A stretch of DNA of 59,334 nucleotides, filler included, from Myxococcota bacterium (lineage in GTDB: Bacteria > Myxococcota > Myxococcia > Myxococcales > Myxococcaceae), in NCBI GenBank assembly GCA_049322255.1. It is 9 parts of 9 records of this genome, joined end to end, with 100 filler letters (N's around TTAATTAATTAA, not from the genome) between each part and the next. Parts side by side here need not be neighbours in the genome. Positions count along the whole stretch, not along the records: positions 13,855 to 20,655 come from JBMORE010000165.1; positions 20,756 to 27,267 come from JBMORE010000168.1; positions 27,368 to 33,838 come from JBMORE010000169.1; 6 more parts are not named here. One strand, 5' to 3'. Both the position numbers and the translations under genes were made by a program. The notes beneath the pieces are model-generated. The model was not told where the DNA came from, ran no database searches, and saw only the letters and a list, made by a program, of their open reading frames with translations. Below are positions 19,428 through 27,971 of the stretch, piece after piece (position 1 is the first letter of the stretch; each line of letters opens with the position of its first letter).

Positions 19428-20003
19428 GTGAACAACTCGCGCTTGCTTTCGTTGCTTTTGGCTCCCCTCGCCTCCTGCCTGCTCTTGGGCGCCGCGGCTT
19501 CGCAGCCCCTGATCGAGCTGACGGTGAGGGACGTCATCCCCCTGGGAGAGGCGAACGTCCACGCGGTGATGTTGGTGTCGAAGGAAGGCACCGTGCTGCC
19601 GGTCTTCGTCGAGGAGCCGGCGGCGGTAGCGATCGCCTTTCGTCTGGCACACCAACCCTCACCGCACGCGCTCGCCGAAGACCTTCTCGACGACCTGGTT
19701 GCGCGCATGGGTGGAAAGGTGACCGAAATTCGCCTCGCCGACGTGCAGAACCACCTCGACGACAGCCGGGTGATGATTCGGCAGGGCAAGCGCACCTTGA
19801 GCGTGCCGGCGCGCCCTTCCGACTCGATTGCGATGGCGCTCTCCAGCGGGGCGAAGATCTTCGCCACCCAGTCGCTCCTTTCGACCGTGGGCATCACCCG
19901 GGAGGAGATCGAAACGCTGCGTGAGGAGCTGGGCATCGGCGGCGCGGGCCCCGATCCTCACGTGGCTCCCAAGGCGGTGCCCGACACCGAGATCGATCTG
20001 TAG
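19428..20003 (+). CDS. Bifunctional nuclease (DUF151) family protein with apparent signal peptide
   Basis: VLPVFV...A.AIA, DLL..L, ARPSDSIAMAL motifs; hydrophobic N-terminus. Confidence 0.85.
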   Translation: MNNSRLLSLLLAPLASCLLLGAAASQPLIELTVRDVIPLGEANVHAVMLVSKEGTVLPVFVEEPAAVAIAFRLAHQPSPHALAEDLLDDLVARMGGKVTEIRLADVQNHLDDSRVMIRQGKRTLSVPARPSDSIAMALSSGAKIFATQSLLSTVGITREEIETLREELGIGGAGPDPHVAPKAVPDTEIDL

Positions 20004-20011
20004 AGACCCGA

Positions 20012-20047
20012 AAGCCCGGCCCCCCCTCCCAGGGACGAGCCGGGCTT
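20012..20047. terminator. Hairpin between convergent genes (possible terminator)
   Basis: aagcccggc...gccgggctt 9-bp inverted repeat; the U-tract is weak. Confidence 0.4.
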
Positions 20048-20074
20048 GCGATGAGGCACGAAAGGAAAAGCGCC

Positions 20075-20440
20075 TTAGAGCTTGTCAGCGAGGTCGGAAA
20101 CGACGGGGATGCGCCAGCGCTCTCCTTTGAGCCCCTTCAGCATCGCCACGATGTCGATGACGAAGAGGGCCGGCCACAACAGGCAGGCGAGATAGCCGAG
20201 AACGGGAATGGCACTCAGAATCGCGGCGGCGATGCTGACGGCGATTCCTCCGCCCACGCCGAGCACCAGCCCGTTCTTCGCGTGCCACTTGACCAGCTCG
20301 GAGTCCTTCACCGTGAGCAACGGAATGAGGGCCAAAATCCCCAGGTAGGAGAGGACGAGCATCACCTTGTCCTGCTCCCGAACGGTCCCGGCGGTTCCCG
20401 GTGCGGGACTGATCGCCTGCTGCTGATCTTCCGGCCTCAT
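20075..20440 (-). CDS. DUF4870-family small membrane protein
   Basis: LSYLGIL.LIPLL, VKWHAK.GL, KGL.GE.WRIPVV motifs. ATG at 20440. Confidence 0.85.
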   Translation of the reverse strand: MRPEDQQQAISPAPGTAGTVREQDKVMLVLSYLGILALIPLLTVKDSELVKWHAKNGLVLGVGGGIAVSIAAAILSAIPVLGYLACLLWPALFVIDIVAMLKGLKGERWRIPVVSDLADKL

Positions 20441-20655
20441 TCGAGCTCCCTCAAGCGGCGGTTCGGATCGACGGCGAAAAACGCGGCCTTCGTATTCCGC
20501 TGGCTGGTGGACTGTCAAGGCGACGACGCCCTGACCGTAGGTCAGTAATCCCGCAGGAAAATCGATCACTTACGCATGGGGCTTGAAATGGGCGCCTGAC
20601 GCCTGCTGTGGACGGCGGTTGCGAAGCCAACCCCCAGAGCAGGAGCAGCCATGCG

Positions 20656-20755
20656 NNNNNNNNNNNNNNNNNNNNNNNNNNNNNNNNNNNNNNNNNNNNT
20701 TAATTAATTAANNNNNNNNNNNNNNNNNNNNNNNNNNNNNNNNNNNNNNNNNNNN
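20656..20755. other. Artificial contig spacer
   Basis: N44-TTAATTAATTAA-N44. Confidence 0.99.
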
Positions 20756-21099
20756 GGTGGGACACGCCCGAGGCGGCGTATTCCTCGTTCTCGTCGGCGG
20801 TGCAGCGGCAGGACTTTCGCCTGGCGTACCAGGCGCTCTCGGCGAAGACCCGCAAGGTGCTCGAGACCCGGGCTGTAGAAATCTCCAAGGCCTCGGGGGG
20901 AGCGGTACGCGCCGACGCGGCGCTGCTCCTCTTCACCCACAACGAGAAGCCTGCTCCGCTCACCGAGGTGAAGGTGCTGCACCAGAAGGCGGGCGCCACC
21001 ACGATCGCTGCCACCTCGAGCGGCCAGACTCGCGAAGTCCAGATGGTGTACGAGGAAGGACGCTGGAAGGTGGACTTGGCCGACCACTTCAAAGAATGA
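20756..21099 (+). CDS. Hypothetical protein, 5' truncated (NTF2-like/DUF4878-like lipoprotein pattern)
   Basis: Open frame from the contig edge: TPEAAY..F..A...D...AY..LS...VQMVYEEGRWKV. Confidence 0.7.
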
Positions 21100-21111
21100 T
21101 CGTCTCCGTTC

Positions 21112-22059
21112 GTGACTGACCGCAAAGACAGAAGGAGCGTACCGGTGGAGGTGGTTCGCCGCCCGGGCGCCCCTGCGTCCACCCCACGCCCGACGGGCGC
21201 CTCAGGGCCGCCCCGCCCCTCCCGCTCCGGCCCTCCTCGTTCGTCTTCCCCTGGTAGCCGACCCGGCGGGCGGCCTGCGTTCCGCTCCGGTCCTCCGCGT
21301 CCTCCCCCCACCACCGACGAGGTGAACGCGCTGGCCCAGCGTGAGCGGGTTCCTGCCCGCATCGCCAAGGGAGAGCTCGAAGGAAAGATGAAGTGCCGGG
21401 TGTGGAAGAAGCTGCACCCCGAGGAGTCCAAGCGCTTCGACCAGGTCTACGAGCTGATGTCCAAACACCCCAGCCTGCCCTTGCCCGAGGCCTTCGGCGT
21501 CTTGCAAAGCGGCCTGTCGGTGGAAGACTTCCTTGCCCGCCGCGCCCGCTCGCTCAAGAAGGTGGAGGTGAAAGAGGCCCGTGGCGCGGTGTCGGCCGAA
21601 GCCACCGACGCGTGGATCGCCGCGCACCAGAAGGAAAAGACCGAGCTGGCCTTCGTGCTCGCCGAGCGCACCCTCGTCGACGTGCTCACGGCCATCGAGC
21701 CGGTGTCGTTCACCCTGGAAAAAGGCGGGCGGCTGGAGAAGCTGCAGGTGGTGCTCATCGCCCGTCGCGCCGAGTGGGAAAAACGGGCCTCGGCGCTGCC
21801 GCGTGACCCCAAGCTGACCCAGAAGCCCTCCCCCGTCTCCCGCCAACCCGAGCGGCGGCCGGTGTCCGACCCGCGGCCCTTCCTCGAGCTGTTGGGAAAG
21901 CCGCTGCAGGTCGTCTTGCGCAACGGCGTCACCCTGGAGGCGACGCTGCGCAACGTGGGGCCGTTCGACCTGTTGCTCGAGGCGGAGGGCGAGCAGCTGT
22001 TCGTCCCGCTGCACGCCATCGTCCGCTGGACGGCGAAGGACGCCGCGCCCCCCCCTTAG
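21112..22059 (+). CDS. Hypothetical protein with Arg/Pro-rich disordered N-terminus and C-terminal Hfq/Sm-like domain(s)
   Basis: 315-aa ORF with host-like codon bias. The C-terminal PFL...PLQVVLRNGVTLEATL....FDLLL....QLFVPLHAI aligns by eye to Hfq Sm1/Sm2. Confidence 0.75.
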   Translation: MTDRKDRRSVPVEVVRRPGAPASTPRPTGASGPPRPSRSGPPRSSSPGSRPGGRPAFRSGPPRPPPTTDEVNALAQRERVPARIAKGELEGKMKCRVWKKLHPEESKRFDQVYELMSKHPSLPLPEAFGVLQSGLSVEDFLARRARSLKKVEVKEARGAVSAEATDAWIAAHQKEKTELAFVLAERTLVDVLTAIEPVSFTLEKGGRLEKLQVVLIARRAEWEKRASALPRDPKLTQKPSPVSRQPERRPVSDPRPFLELLGKPLQVVLRNGVTLEATLRNVGPFDLLLEAEGEQLFVPLHAIVRWTAKDAAPPP

Positions 22060-22868
22060 CGCTCGAGCGCTTCCGACAGCGCGCGCAGTACGTCGAGCTG
22101 AGAGCGGTTCGACTTGGAGCAGAACTCCAATCGGCAGAGCGACTTGAGCCGCGCCAAAAGACGGTAGGCGGTCGCCCGCGAACGCCCGTTGGCCTCCGCC
22201 CAGTCCTCCACGCTGCCTTCGTCGGCGAGCACGTGGCGCAAAAGGTCCTTCTCCTCGGCGGAGAGCACTTCGAGAATGCCGCGCGCGAGCCGTTGGCCCT
22301 CCAGGCGGCGCAGGAGCGCATCAGGCAGCTCGTGGGTCTCGCTCACCTCGAGCGCTGGGCTCACCGGGCGTACGTAGCGGTGAAACAGCTCGCGGGTCGC
22401 CTCGACCACCGAAGGCCGGCACCCCGATTCGGCCCACAGCGCCAAGACCGCTTCCTCCACCAGCCCGCGGGAAAACGCGCCCCGCTGCACCAGGGAGGAG
22501 GGCCAATTCGCCGACGTCGGCCTGCGCTCTTTCAGCGCGGCCAGGGTTTCACGCACGTGGGCGCGCAGCGCGTGGTACGGCTGGTAGTCGTCGCTCTCGT
22601 CCACCATCACCTGGCGAAAGCGGTGTCGCACCGCTCGCAGGAGCGCCTCGTCGTCCAACGCGAGCAGCTCGGCGCGCCTCCCATCGTGCAAGAGGTGGCG
22701 CTCGAAGAAGAGACCGGCCAGTCCGTCGAGCAGGTCGGTGCTGTTCGCCCCCGGGCGCAGGGCACCCGCGAGCACCCCGCGCAGCACCGCATAGTCCGCC
22801 TCCCCGAAACGGCCCTCGCGGTCGAAGGCGGTGAGGGCGTCGCGTAGCTGCGCAGCCGAAGCAGACAT
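22056..22868 (-). CDS. Hypothetical DNA-binding protein with sigma70 region-4-like HTH (possibly a divergent ECF sigma)
   Basis: C-terminal LSAEEKDLL...GSVEDWAEANGRSRATAYRLLARL fits a sigma-4-type helix-turn-helix. Confidence 0.6.
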   Translation of the reverse strand: MSASAAQLRDALTAFDREGRFGEADYAVLRGVLAGALRPGANSTDLLDGLAGLFFERHLLHDGRRAELLALDDEALLRAVRHRFRQVMVDESDDYQPYHALRAHVRETLAALKERRPTSANWPSSLVQRGAFSRGLVEEAVLALWAESGCRPSVVEATRELFHRYVRPVSPALEVSETHELPDALLRRLEGQRLARGILEVLSAEEKDLLRHVLADEGSVEDWAEANGRSRATAYRLLARLKSLCRLEFCSKSNRSQLDVLRALSEALER

Positions 22869-22928
22869 CGTTTCGTATTGTGACACGAGAACCGGTGGCT
22901 CCGCTCGAGCCGACAGGGGGCGCGGCGG

Positions 22929-24164
22929 TCACTTCTTCCGCGCAGCGTGGAGCGGAATGACTTGGCTGATGTGCGCCCCCGCCTTGGCCGACATCGCCCG
23001 GCGGATGAGGAGCGGAAAGTCACCCTCGCCCCGCTCCACCGCCAGCCGCAAGTCGCCCAGCCGCTCCAGGTGGCGGCGCACCGGCACGTTCTTGAGCTCG
23101 ACCGCCAACATCACCAACTCGCGCAGCGCCCCTTCGGCGGCCAGGAGTTGCTCCTCGGCGCGCGTGACGTTCTTGCGCGCCAAGGACAGCCACGCCGCCG
23201 CCTCTTGAGAGACGAGCTCGAGCTCCAGCTCGGCGGCCCGCACGCTGCGGCCGCGGTAGGAGTCGGCGGCGACGTGCTCCAGCTCGACCCGCTGCACCCG
23301 CGAATCTCCCCGCTCCACGCAGGAGCCGAGCACTGTCGCGCCCCACTCGGCGCCCGCCAGCGGGCCGCCAAAGAGCACCCGGCGCGGCGCCCCCCGGGCG
23401 ATGTCGCCCAGCGACACCACGAGCGCGTCGTTCTCCACCTTGGTGGGAAAGGCGTGGCGACAGGCAAGGGCGGAAAACCCCTGCGGCATCACCCGCACGC
23501 TGACCGCCGAGCTCGCCTCGCCGAACAGGTGCGCACAGAGCTCTCCCATCGCCACCGACAGGCCGTCGGGCGCGTCGACGTGGGCGAAGCCGTTGCCGCT
23601 GGGCAAGGTGAGCGCCGAGAGAATCTCCGGGACGTAGTGGCGCGCCAGCCCCAGCGCGTGCAGCGACAACCCGTCTTCGGCCAGCTGGTGACCCAGGCGA
23701 TCGAAGGAACGTTGGTCTTCCGGCCCCACCGAGGGCTCGCCATCGGTGAGCAAAAGCAGCTTGGGCCGTCTTCCCGGCACGAGGAGCCGCGACAGCTGCC
23801 CGGCGCCGAGCTTCACCGCTTCGTGCAAAGCGGTGCCGCGGCCGATGGCGATGCTCTGGAGTGCATCGTGCATTTTACGCTTGCCCACCGTATCCATCGC
23901 ACCCACGGGCACCAGCTGTTCGGCGACCCCGTCGAAGACCAAAAGGCCGGCGAAGTCCTCGGGACCGCACAGATCGACCAACTGCGAGGCCGCCTCCACC
24001 GCAGCCGCCAGCGGCGCTCCCTTCATCGAGCCGCTCCGGTCGAGCAGGAGGTTCACCACCACCGGGGTGCGCGGTGCCAACTCGGGCGCCTCCCCGGTGA
24101 CGAGCAGCACCGCCTCGCGCCGCTGTGCGTCACCGCGTTCCACCGCCCAAGCCGTCCAGAGCAT
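22929..24164 (-). CDS. vWA domain protein (YfbK / Ca-activated chloride channel family-like)
   Basis: MIDAS DRSGSM, GTAL, LLLTDG. Probable ATG at 24164. Confidence 0.88.
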   Translation of the reverse strand: MLWTAWAVERGDAQRREAVLLVTGEAPELAPRTPVVVNLLLDRSGSMKGAPLAAAVEAASQLVDLCGPEDFAGLLVFDGVAEQLVPVGAMDTVGKRKMHDALQSIAIGRGTALHEAVKLGAGQLSRLLVPGRRPKLLLLTDGEPSVGPEDQRSFDRLGHQLAEDGLSLHALGLARHYVPEILSALTLPSGNGFAHVDAPDGLSVAMGELCAHLFGEASSAVSVRVMPQGFSALACRHAFPTKVENDALVVSLGDIARGAPRRVLFGGPLAGAEWGATVLGSCVERGDSRVQRVELEHVAADSYRGRSVRAAELELELVSQEAAAWLSLARKNVTRAEEQLLAAEGALRELVMLAVELKNVPVRRHLERLGDLRLAVERGEGDFPLLIRRAMSAKAGAHISQVIPLHAARKK

Positions 24165-24440
24165 GCAGGTCCTCGTCGTGGTCTTTGATTGGCTGGACGG
24201 CAGCCGGAGCGAATTCGTCTCAGTGCACGATGTAGGATGGTTGCGCCATGCAGACCCTGACCACCATGGGAGCAACCTCCATCCTCAATGGGCGGCCCGG
24301 GTTGGAATACGCCCCCACGACCAATCGTCTGGTGGCCTGGGCTTCGGCGGGTTACTTCTGTTCTTGGTGGTCTTGGTATCAATATTCCGGGGCCGGAGGT
24401 ATGAGTGAGCACCCGGCTGGCCGCCGGGCTGGAGGATGCG

Positions 24441-24833
24441 ATGAGCGACGTGGGAAAAGTGGCCAAGATGGCATTGGGAACGGCGTTGGCAGCAGCGGTG
24501 CTCCTTTGGGGGACACAAACGCTCGCCGAGGCCCCCAAAGAGAAAGCCAAGCCGGCAGCGGCCGCGCCGCGGGTGGTGAAAATCACCGTCACCGAGAACG
24601 GCTATGAGCCCTCGCCCATCACGGTGAAGAAAGGCGAGCCGCTCAAGTTGGTGGTCACCCGCAAAGTCGAGCGCACCTGTGCCACCGAGCTGCTCATCAA
24701 GGACACCGACATCAACGTGCCCTTGCCCCTCAACACCACGGTGGAAATTCCGTACACGCCGGACAAGACGGGGAAGATCAAGTACGGCTGCGCGATGGGA
24801 ATGATGATCTCCGGCGTGCTCTTGGTCGAGTAG
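24441..24833 (+). CDS. Periplasmic cupredoxin-domain protein (CupA-like)
   Basis: GGAGG RBS; signal peptide; GYEPSPITVKKGEP, TCA, YGCAMGMMISG. Confidence 0.9.
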   Translation: MSDVGKVAKMALGTALAAAVLLWGTQTLAEAPKEKAKPAAAAPRVVKITVTENGYEPSPITVKKGEPLKLVVTRKVERTCATELLIKDTDINVPLPLNTTVEIPYTPDKTGKIKYGCAMGMMISGVLLVE

Positions 24834-24834
24834 C

Positions 24835-26523
24835 TTGAAGAGACGCTCGCACCCGTCGAGGCGGTGGAAACCGCTGGCGCTGGTCGCCGCGCTCGCGTGG
24901 ATGCTCGGCTGCAACTGCGGAGGGCAGCAGGTGCGGTCGCGCTCGACCTCGCTGCGCGCCGTTCCGCTCTCCCTCGACTTCGGGCTGGTCGACGTCGGTA
25001 ATACCCACACCCTCACCGTCGAGATTTCCAATCCCGGCACCGCGCCGGTGGAAGTGAGCGGCGTGCTGGTGACGGAGGACCCCGCCCAGACCTTTTCCAC
25101 CGCTGCGTGGGAGCGACAGCTGGTGGAGGGTGGGGCGGCGGTTAGCGTGGCCGTCCATTTCACTCCGCGGAACGAGGGGCTCCACACGGCTCAGTTGTTC
25201 ATTCAAAGTGACGCCACCAGCTCGCCGGAGCTGGTGGTCGGTCTCATCGGCACCGCGCGTTCGACCGCCATCGCCGACGCGGGACCGGGGGACAGCGGCT
25301 TTCTCGACGCGGGCGAGCCCGATGCGGGCGTTCTCGACGCGGGGGATTTCGATGCGGGAGTGCCCGACTCCGGAGAGGTCGACGCCGGCGAGCTCGATGC
25401 GGGGACCTTCGACGCTGGAGTCCTCGACGCCGGGGTGCTCGACGGAGGGCTTCCTGTTCAGCTGTCCGGAGGAGAGCGCCACACCTGCGCCCTGACGGTT
25501 TCCGGCGGAGTGAAGTGCTGGGGGGACAACGGCTTGGGTCAGCTCGGCGATGGGCAGGCCGTCGCCAGCCGACTGACCCCGGGCGATGTCCCGGGCCTGA
25601 CCGCCGGCGTCCGCAAAATCAGTGCGGGTATGCATCACACCTGCGTGTTGACGAACGGCGGAGGAGCCAAGTGCTGGGGCCAAAACCAATATGGCCAGCT
25701 GGGCGATGGAACGAAGACCCTTCGCTCCACGCCCATCGATGTCCTCGGCCTGACCGCTGGAGTCATCGACATCTCCGCAGATCGCTATAACTCCTGCGCC
25801 ATCGTCCAAGATGGTGGCACCAAGTGCTGGGGCGACAACAGCTACTACCAGCTGGGACGAGACCCCTTCCTGTTCCCTGAAAGCCTCACCGCCGTCGACA
25901 TCGCGGGAATCAACCCGGGCGCGGTCGAGGTGTCGACCGCTGCGACCCACAGCTGCGTGAGGACAACGTCGGGAACGCTCCAGTGCTGGGGAGAGAATTT
26001 GGTCGGCAGCGTCGGGGACGGGACAACGAATCCCCGTCTCGCCCCGTTCGAGGTGTTCGACGGTGGCGTCCTTCAGGTGGCAGCGGGAAGCGCCGGACAC
26101 ACCTGCGCGCTGATGAGCACAGGCGCGGTCAAGTGCTGGGGCTACAACTTCAACGGCCAGGTGGATGATGGCGGGGTCGATGTCCTGGCCCCCACCGGAG
26201 TGCTGGGCCTGGATGCGGGAGTCGCCGCCGTGGTGGCGGGGATGGTGCACAACTGCGCCCTCACCAACGCTGGCGCGGTGCTGTGCTGGGGTAACAACAG
26301 CTTCGGTGAGTTGGGCGACAATGCCTTCGACAGCCGGGGTTATCCGGCCCTCGTTGCCGGGTTAGACGCCGGGGTGACACTGATCGGCGTGGGCAAATTT
26401 GGCCGGAGCTACGCGGTGACACCGCTCAAGGTACTGGGGTGGGGATTCAATGTGCAGGGCCAGCTCGGCGACGGCACGACGACACAACGACGGGTGCCGG
26501 TCGAAATCCAAGGCCCCTGGTAG
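24835..26523 (+). CDS. Lipoprotein with Ig-like domain, DAG-repeat linker and RCC1 beta-propeller
   Basis: MLGC lipobox; LDFG.V.VG Ig-like domain; seven HTC...VKCWG.N..GQLGDG-type repeats. Start codon uncertain (TTG). Confidence 0.9.
   Translation: MKRRSHPSRRWKPLALVAALAWMLGCNCGGQQVRSRSTSLRAVPLSLDFGLVDVGNTHTLTVEISNPGTAPVEVSGVLVTEDPAQTFSTAAWERQLVEGGAAVSVAVHFTPRNEGLHTAQLFIQSDATSSPELVVGLIGTARSTAIADAGPGDSGFLDAGEPDAGVLDAGDFDAGVPDSGEVDAGELDAGTFDAGVLDAGVLDGGLPVQLSGGERHTCALTVSGGVKCWGDNGLGQLGDGQAVASRLTPGDVPGLTAGVRKISAGMHHTCVLTNGGGAKCWGQNQYGQLGDGTKTLRSTPIDVLGLTAGVIDISADRYNSCAIVQDGGTKCWGDNSYYQLGRDPFLFPESLTAVDIAGINPGAVEVSTAATHSCVRTTSGTLQCWGENLVGSVGDGTTNPRLAPFEVFDGGVLQVAAGSAGHTCALMSTGAVKCWGYNFNGQVDDGGVDVLAPTGVLGLDAGVAAVVAGMVHNCALTNAGAVLCWGNNSFGELGDNAFDSRGYPALVAGLDAGVTLIGVGKFGRSYAVTPLKVLGWGFNVQGQLGDGTTTQRRVPVEIQGPW
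25276..25455 (+). repeat. Coding tandem repeat, 12 x 15 nt (D[A/S/G]Gxx pentapeptide)
   Basis: DAGPG DSGFL DAGEP DAGVL DAGDF DAGVP DSGEV DAGEL DAGTF DAGVL DAGVL DGGLP. Confidence 0.9.
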
Positions 26524-26630
26524 GCATGGACCGACGCGCTCAGCTTTTTCACCTTGATGCTGGGCTGTGAGAACCAGGGACCACTGCCTTCACCTTGGCG
26601 CGGCGTTCGCACTCGAGTCGGGGTTGATTG

Positions 26631-27143
26631 CTATTTCCGGAGCAGCTTGAACGCGTGGCTCCAGCTATTCGTGCGGGCACCGTAGGTAATCCACGCCATG
26701 GCCAGGGGCTCGAGGTAGCGACTGACCTGAATGTTTCCCAAATCGATGACGCTCCACCCGAACGACTTCAACAGGCCACTCACCATGTTCTTGGCCGTCT
26801 CGTCGTTGCCGCCGATGAACATGTCCGGGGGGCCGCCAGGGAAGTCAGGCTTGTACATGTACTGGTTGCCAATGATGTTGAACGCCTTCACTACCTTCGC
26901 TTCAGGTAGCCACCGTTGAACTGTCTCTCCACCCGAGTCGTTGCCTCCTACTGCCAAGGTCGGCGGCATTCCTTTGGTGAAGTCCAAGGGGTTGGTAACG
27001 TCGATGACCACCTTGCCTTTGAGCTTCTGCTTCCCTTTCGCCAACTCGAGCGCATGGTGCGTGCCCTCCCACTTGGTGGCGAGCACCGCCATCTCTCCGA
27101 ACGCCGCAGCTTCCTCGAAGCTACCCACCTTCCCGCCCGTCCC
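26631..27143 (-). pseudogene. NADPH-dependent F420 reductase family gene, 5' part removed by IS insertion
   Basis: GKVVIDVTNP, SGGE.VQ, VVKAFN, IDLG motifs present; the N-terminal GxGxxG Rossmann segment is absent and replaced by an IS end. Confidence 0.85.
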
Positions 27144-27267
27144 CTCATGATTGATCGGAAGTAGCAGCGGGTTTGAGCAGGCGATACACGGCCTCGGCGC
27201 CGAGGAGCTGGCTCCATCCACGACTGAGGGTCCTCCAGCCGGGGTCGCCGTTGTTCTTGATGTGCCC
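27144..27267 (-). mobile_element. IS4-family insertion sequence, right end (transposase C-terminus)
   Basis: Minus-strand frame GHIKNNGDPGWRTLSRGWSQLL...SDQS* (stop 27147-27145) matches the GG(H/F)..R..D..PGW..L.RG motif of the IS50/Tn5-type C-terminal domain. It lies at a contig end. Confidence 0.8.
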
Positions 27268-27367
27268 NNNNNNNNNNNNNNNNNNNNNNNNNNNNNNNNN
27301 NNNNNNNNNNNTTAATTAATTAANNNNNNNNNNNNNNNNNNNNNNNNNNNNNNNNNNNNNNNNNNNN
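27268..27367. other. Artificial contig spacer
   Basis: N44-TTAATTAATTAA-N44. Confidence 0.99.
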
Positions 27368-27918
27368 TCGAGCTGGGCTTCCCCGTCGACTGGAGCAAGA
27401 GCAGTCACTGGCGCCGGGTGGGGGGCACCGCCCAGTGCGGTCCGGGCACTGGCGGAAACGGCGTCATGGCCTACAACTACGACCTCTCCAACAGCTGTTC
27501 CCATACGACCTGGCAATGGTTCCGCGGGCAGAGCTACTCGGTGCGAAGCGTCGGCGAGCTCAAGACCAAACCCTTCGCCATTCCAAGCTCGGGAGGAAAC
27601 ATCCAGTTCTACCAGCGCTCCCAAACCGAGCAGGTCTACGGGTTCGACGTGCGTACCGTCTATCTCGACAGCCCCACGGTGGGCCGAACGCAGTTTGGGC
27701 AATGGTGCGGACCGAAAGCGCCGAATAGGCAGCTGATTCTCTTCTGCGCCGACCAAGGCTCGCCTGGAAACCTGGAGTACGCAGGTCTGAACGTACCGTC
27801 AGCGTACTGGGGAAAGAACGATGTCTCTCTCGTCTTCGAATTCGACAGCGTCGACGGCCTCAACAACGGCTACGGGGGCTGGTGGGTAGACCAGGTGCGC
27901 TTCCTGCCCGACCTGTAG
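27368..27918 (+). CDS. C-terminal jelly-roll/MAM-like module of a secreted protein (5' truncated); paralog of 35878-36421
   Basis: Ends FEFDSVDG.NN.Y.GWWVDQV; near-identical protein sequence to the tail of the gene at 34878-36421. Confidence 0.8.
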
Positions 27919-27971
27919 TGCGGCCGAGAAGTCATTGACCCCCGCGCGCCTGCGCCGCTAGATGGCGTTCG

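Noticed and set aside
24370..24405. Possible CsoR-type operator upstream of the cupredoxin gene (AATATTCCGGGGCCGGAGGTAT)
   Set aside because: The palindrome is imperfect and its spacing does not match TACC-N-GGTA operators; insufficient support.
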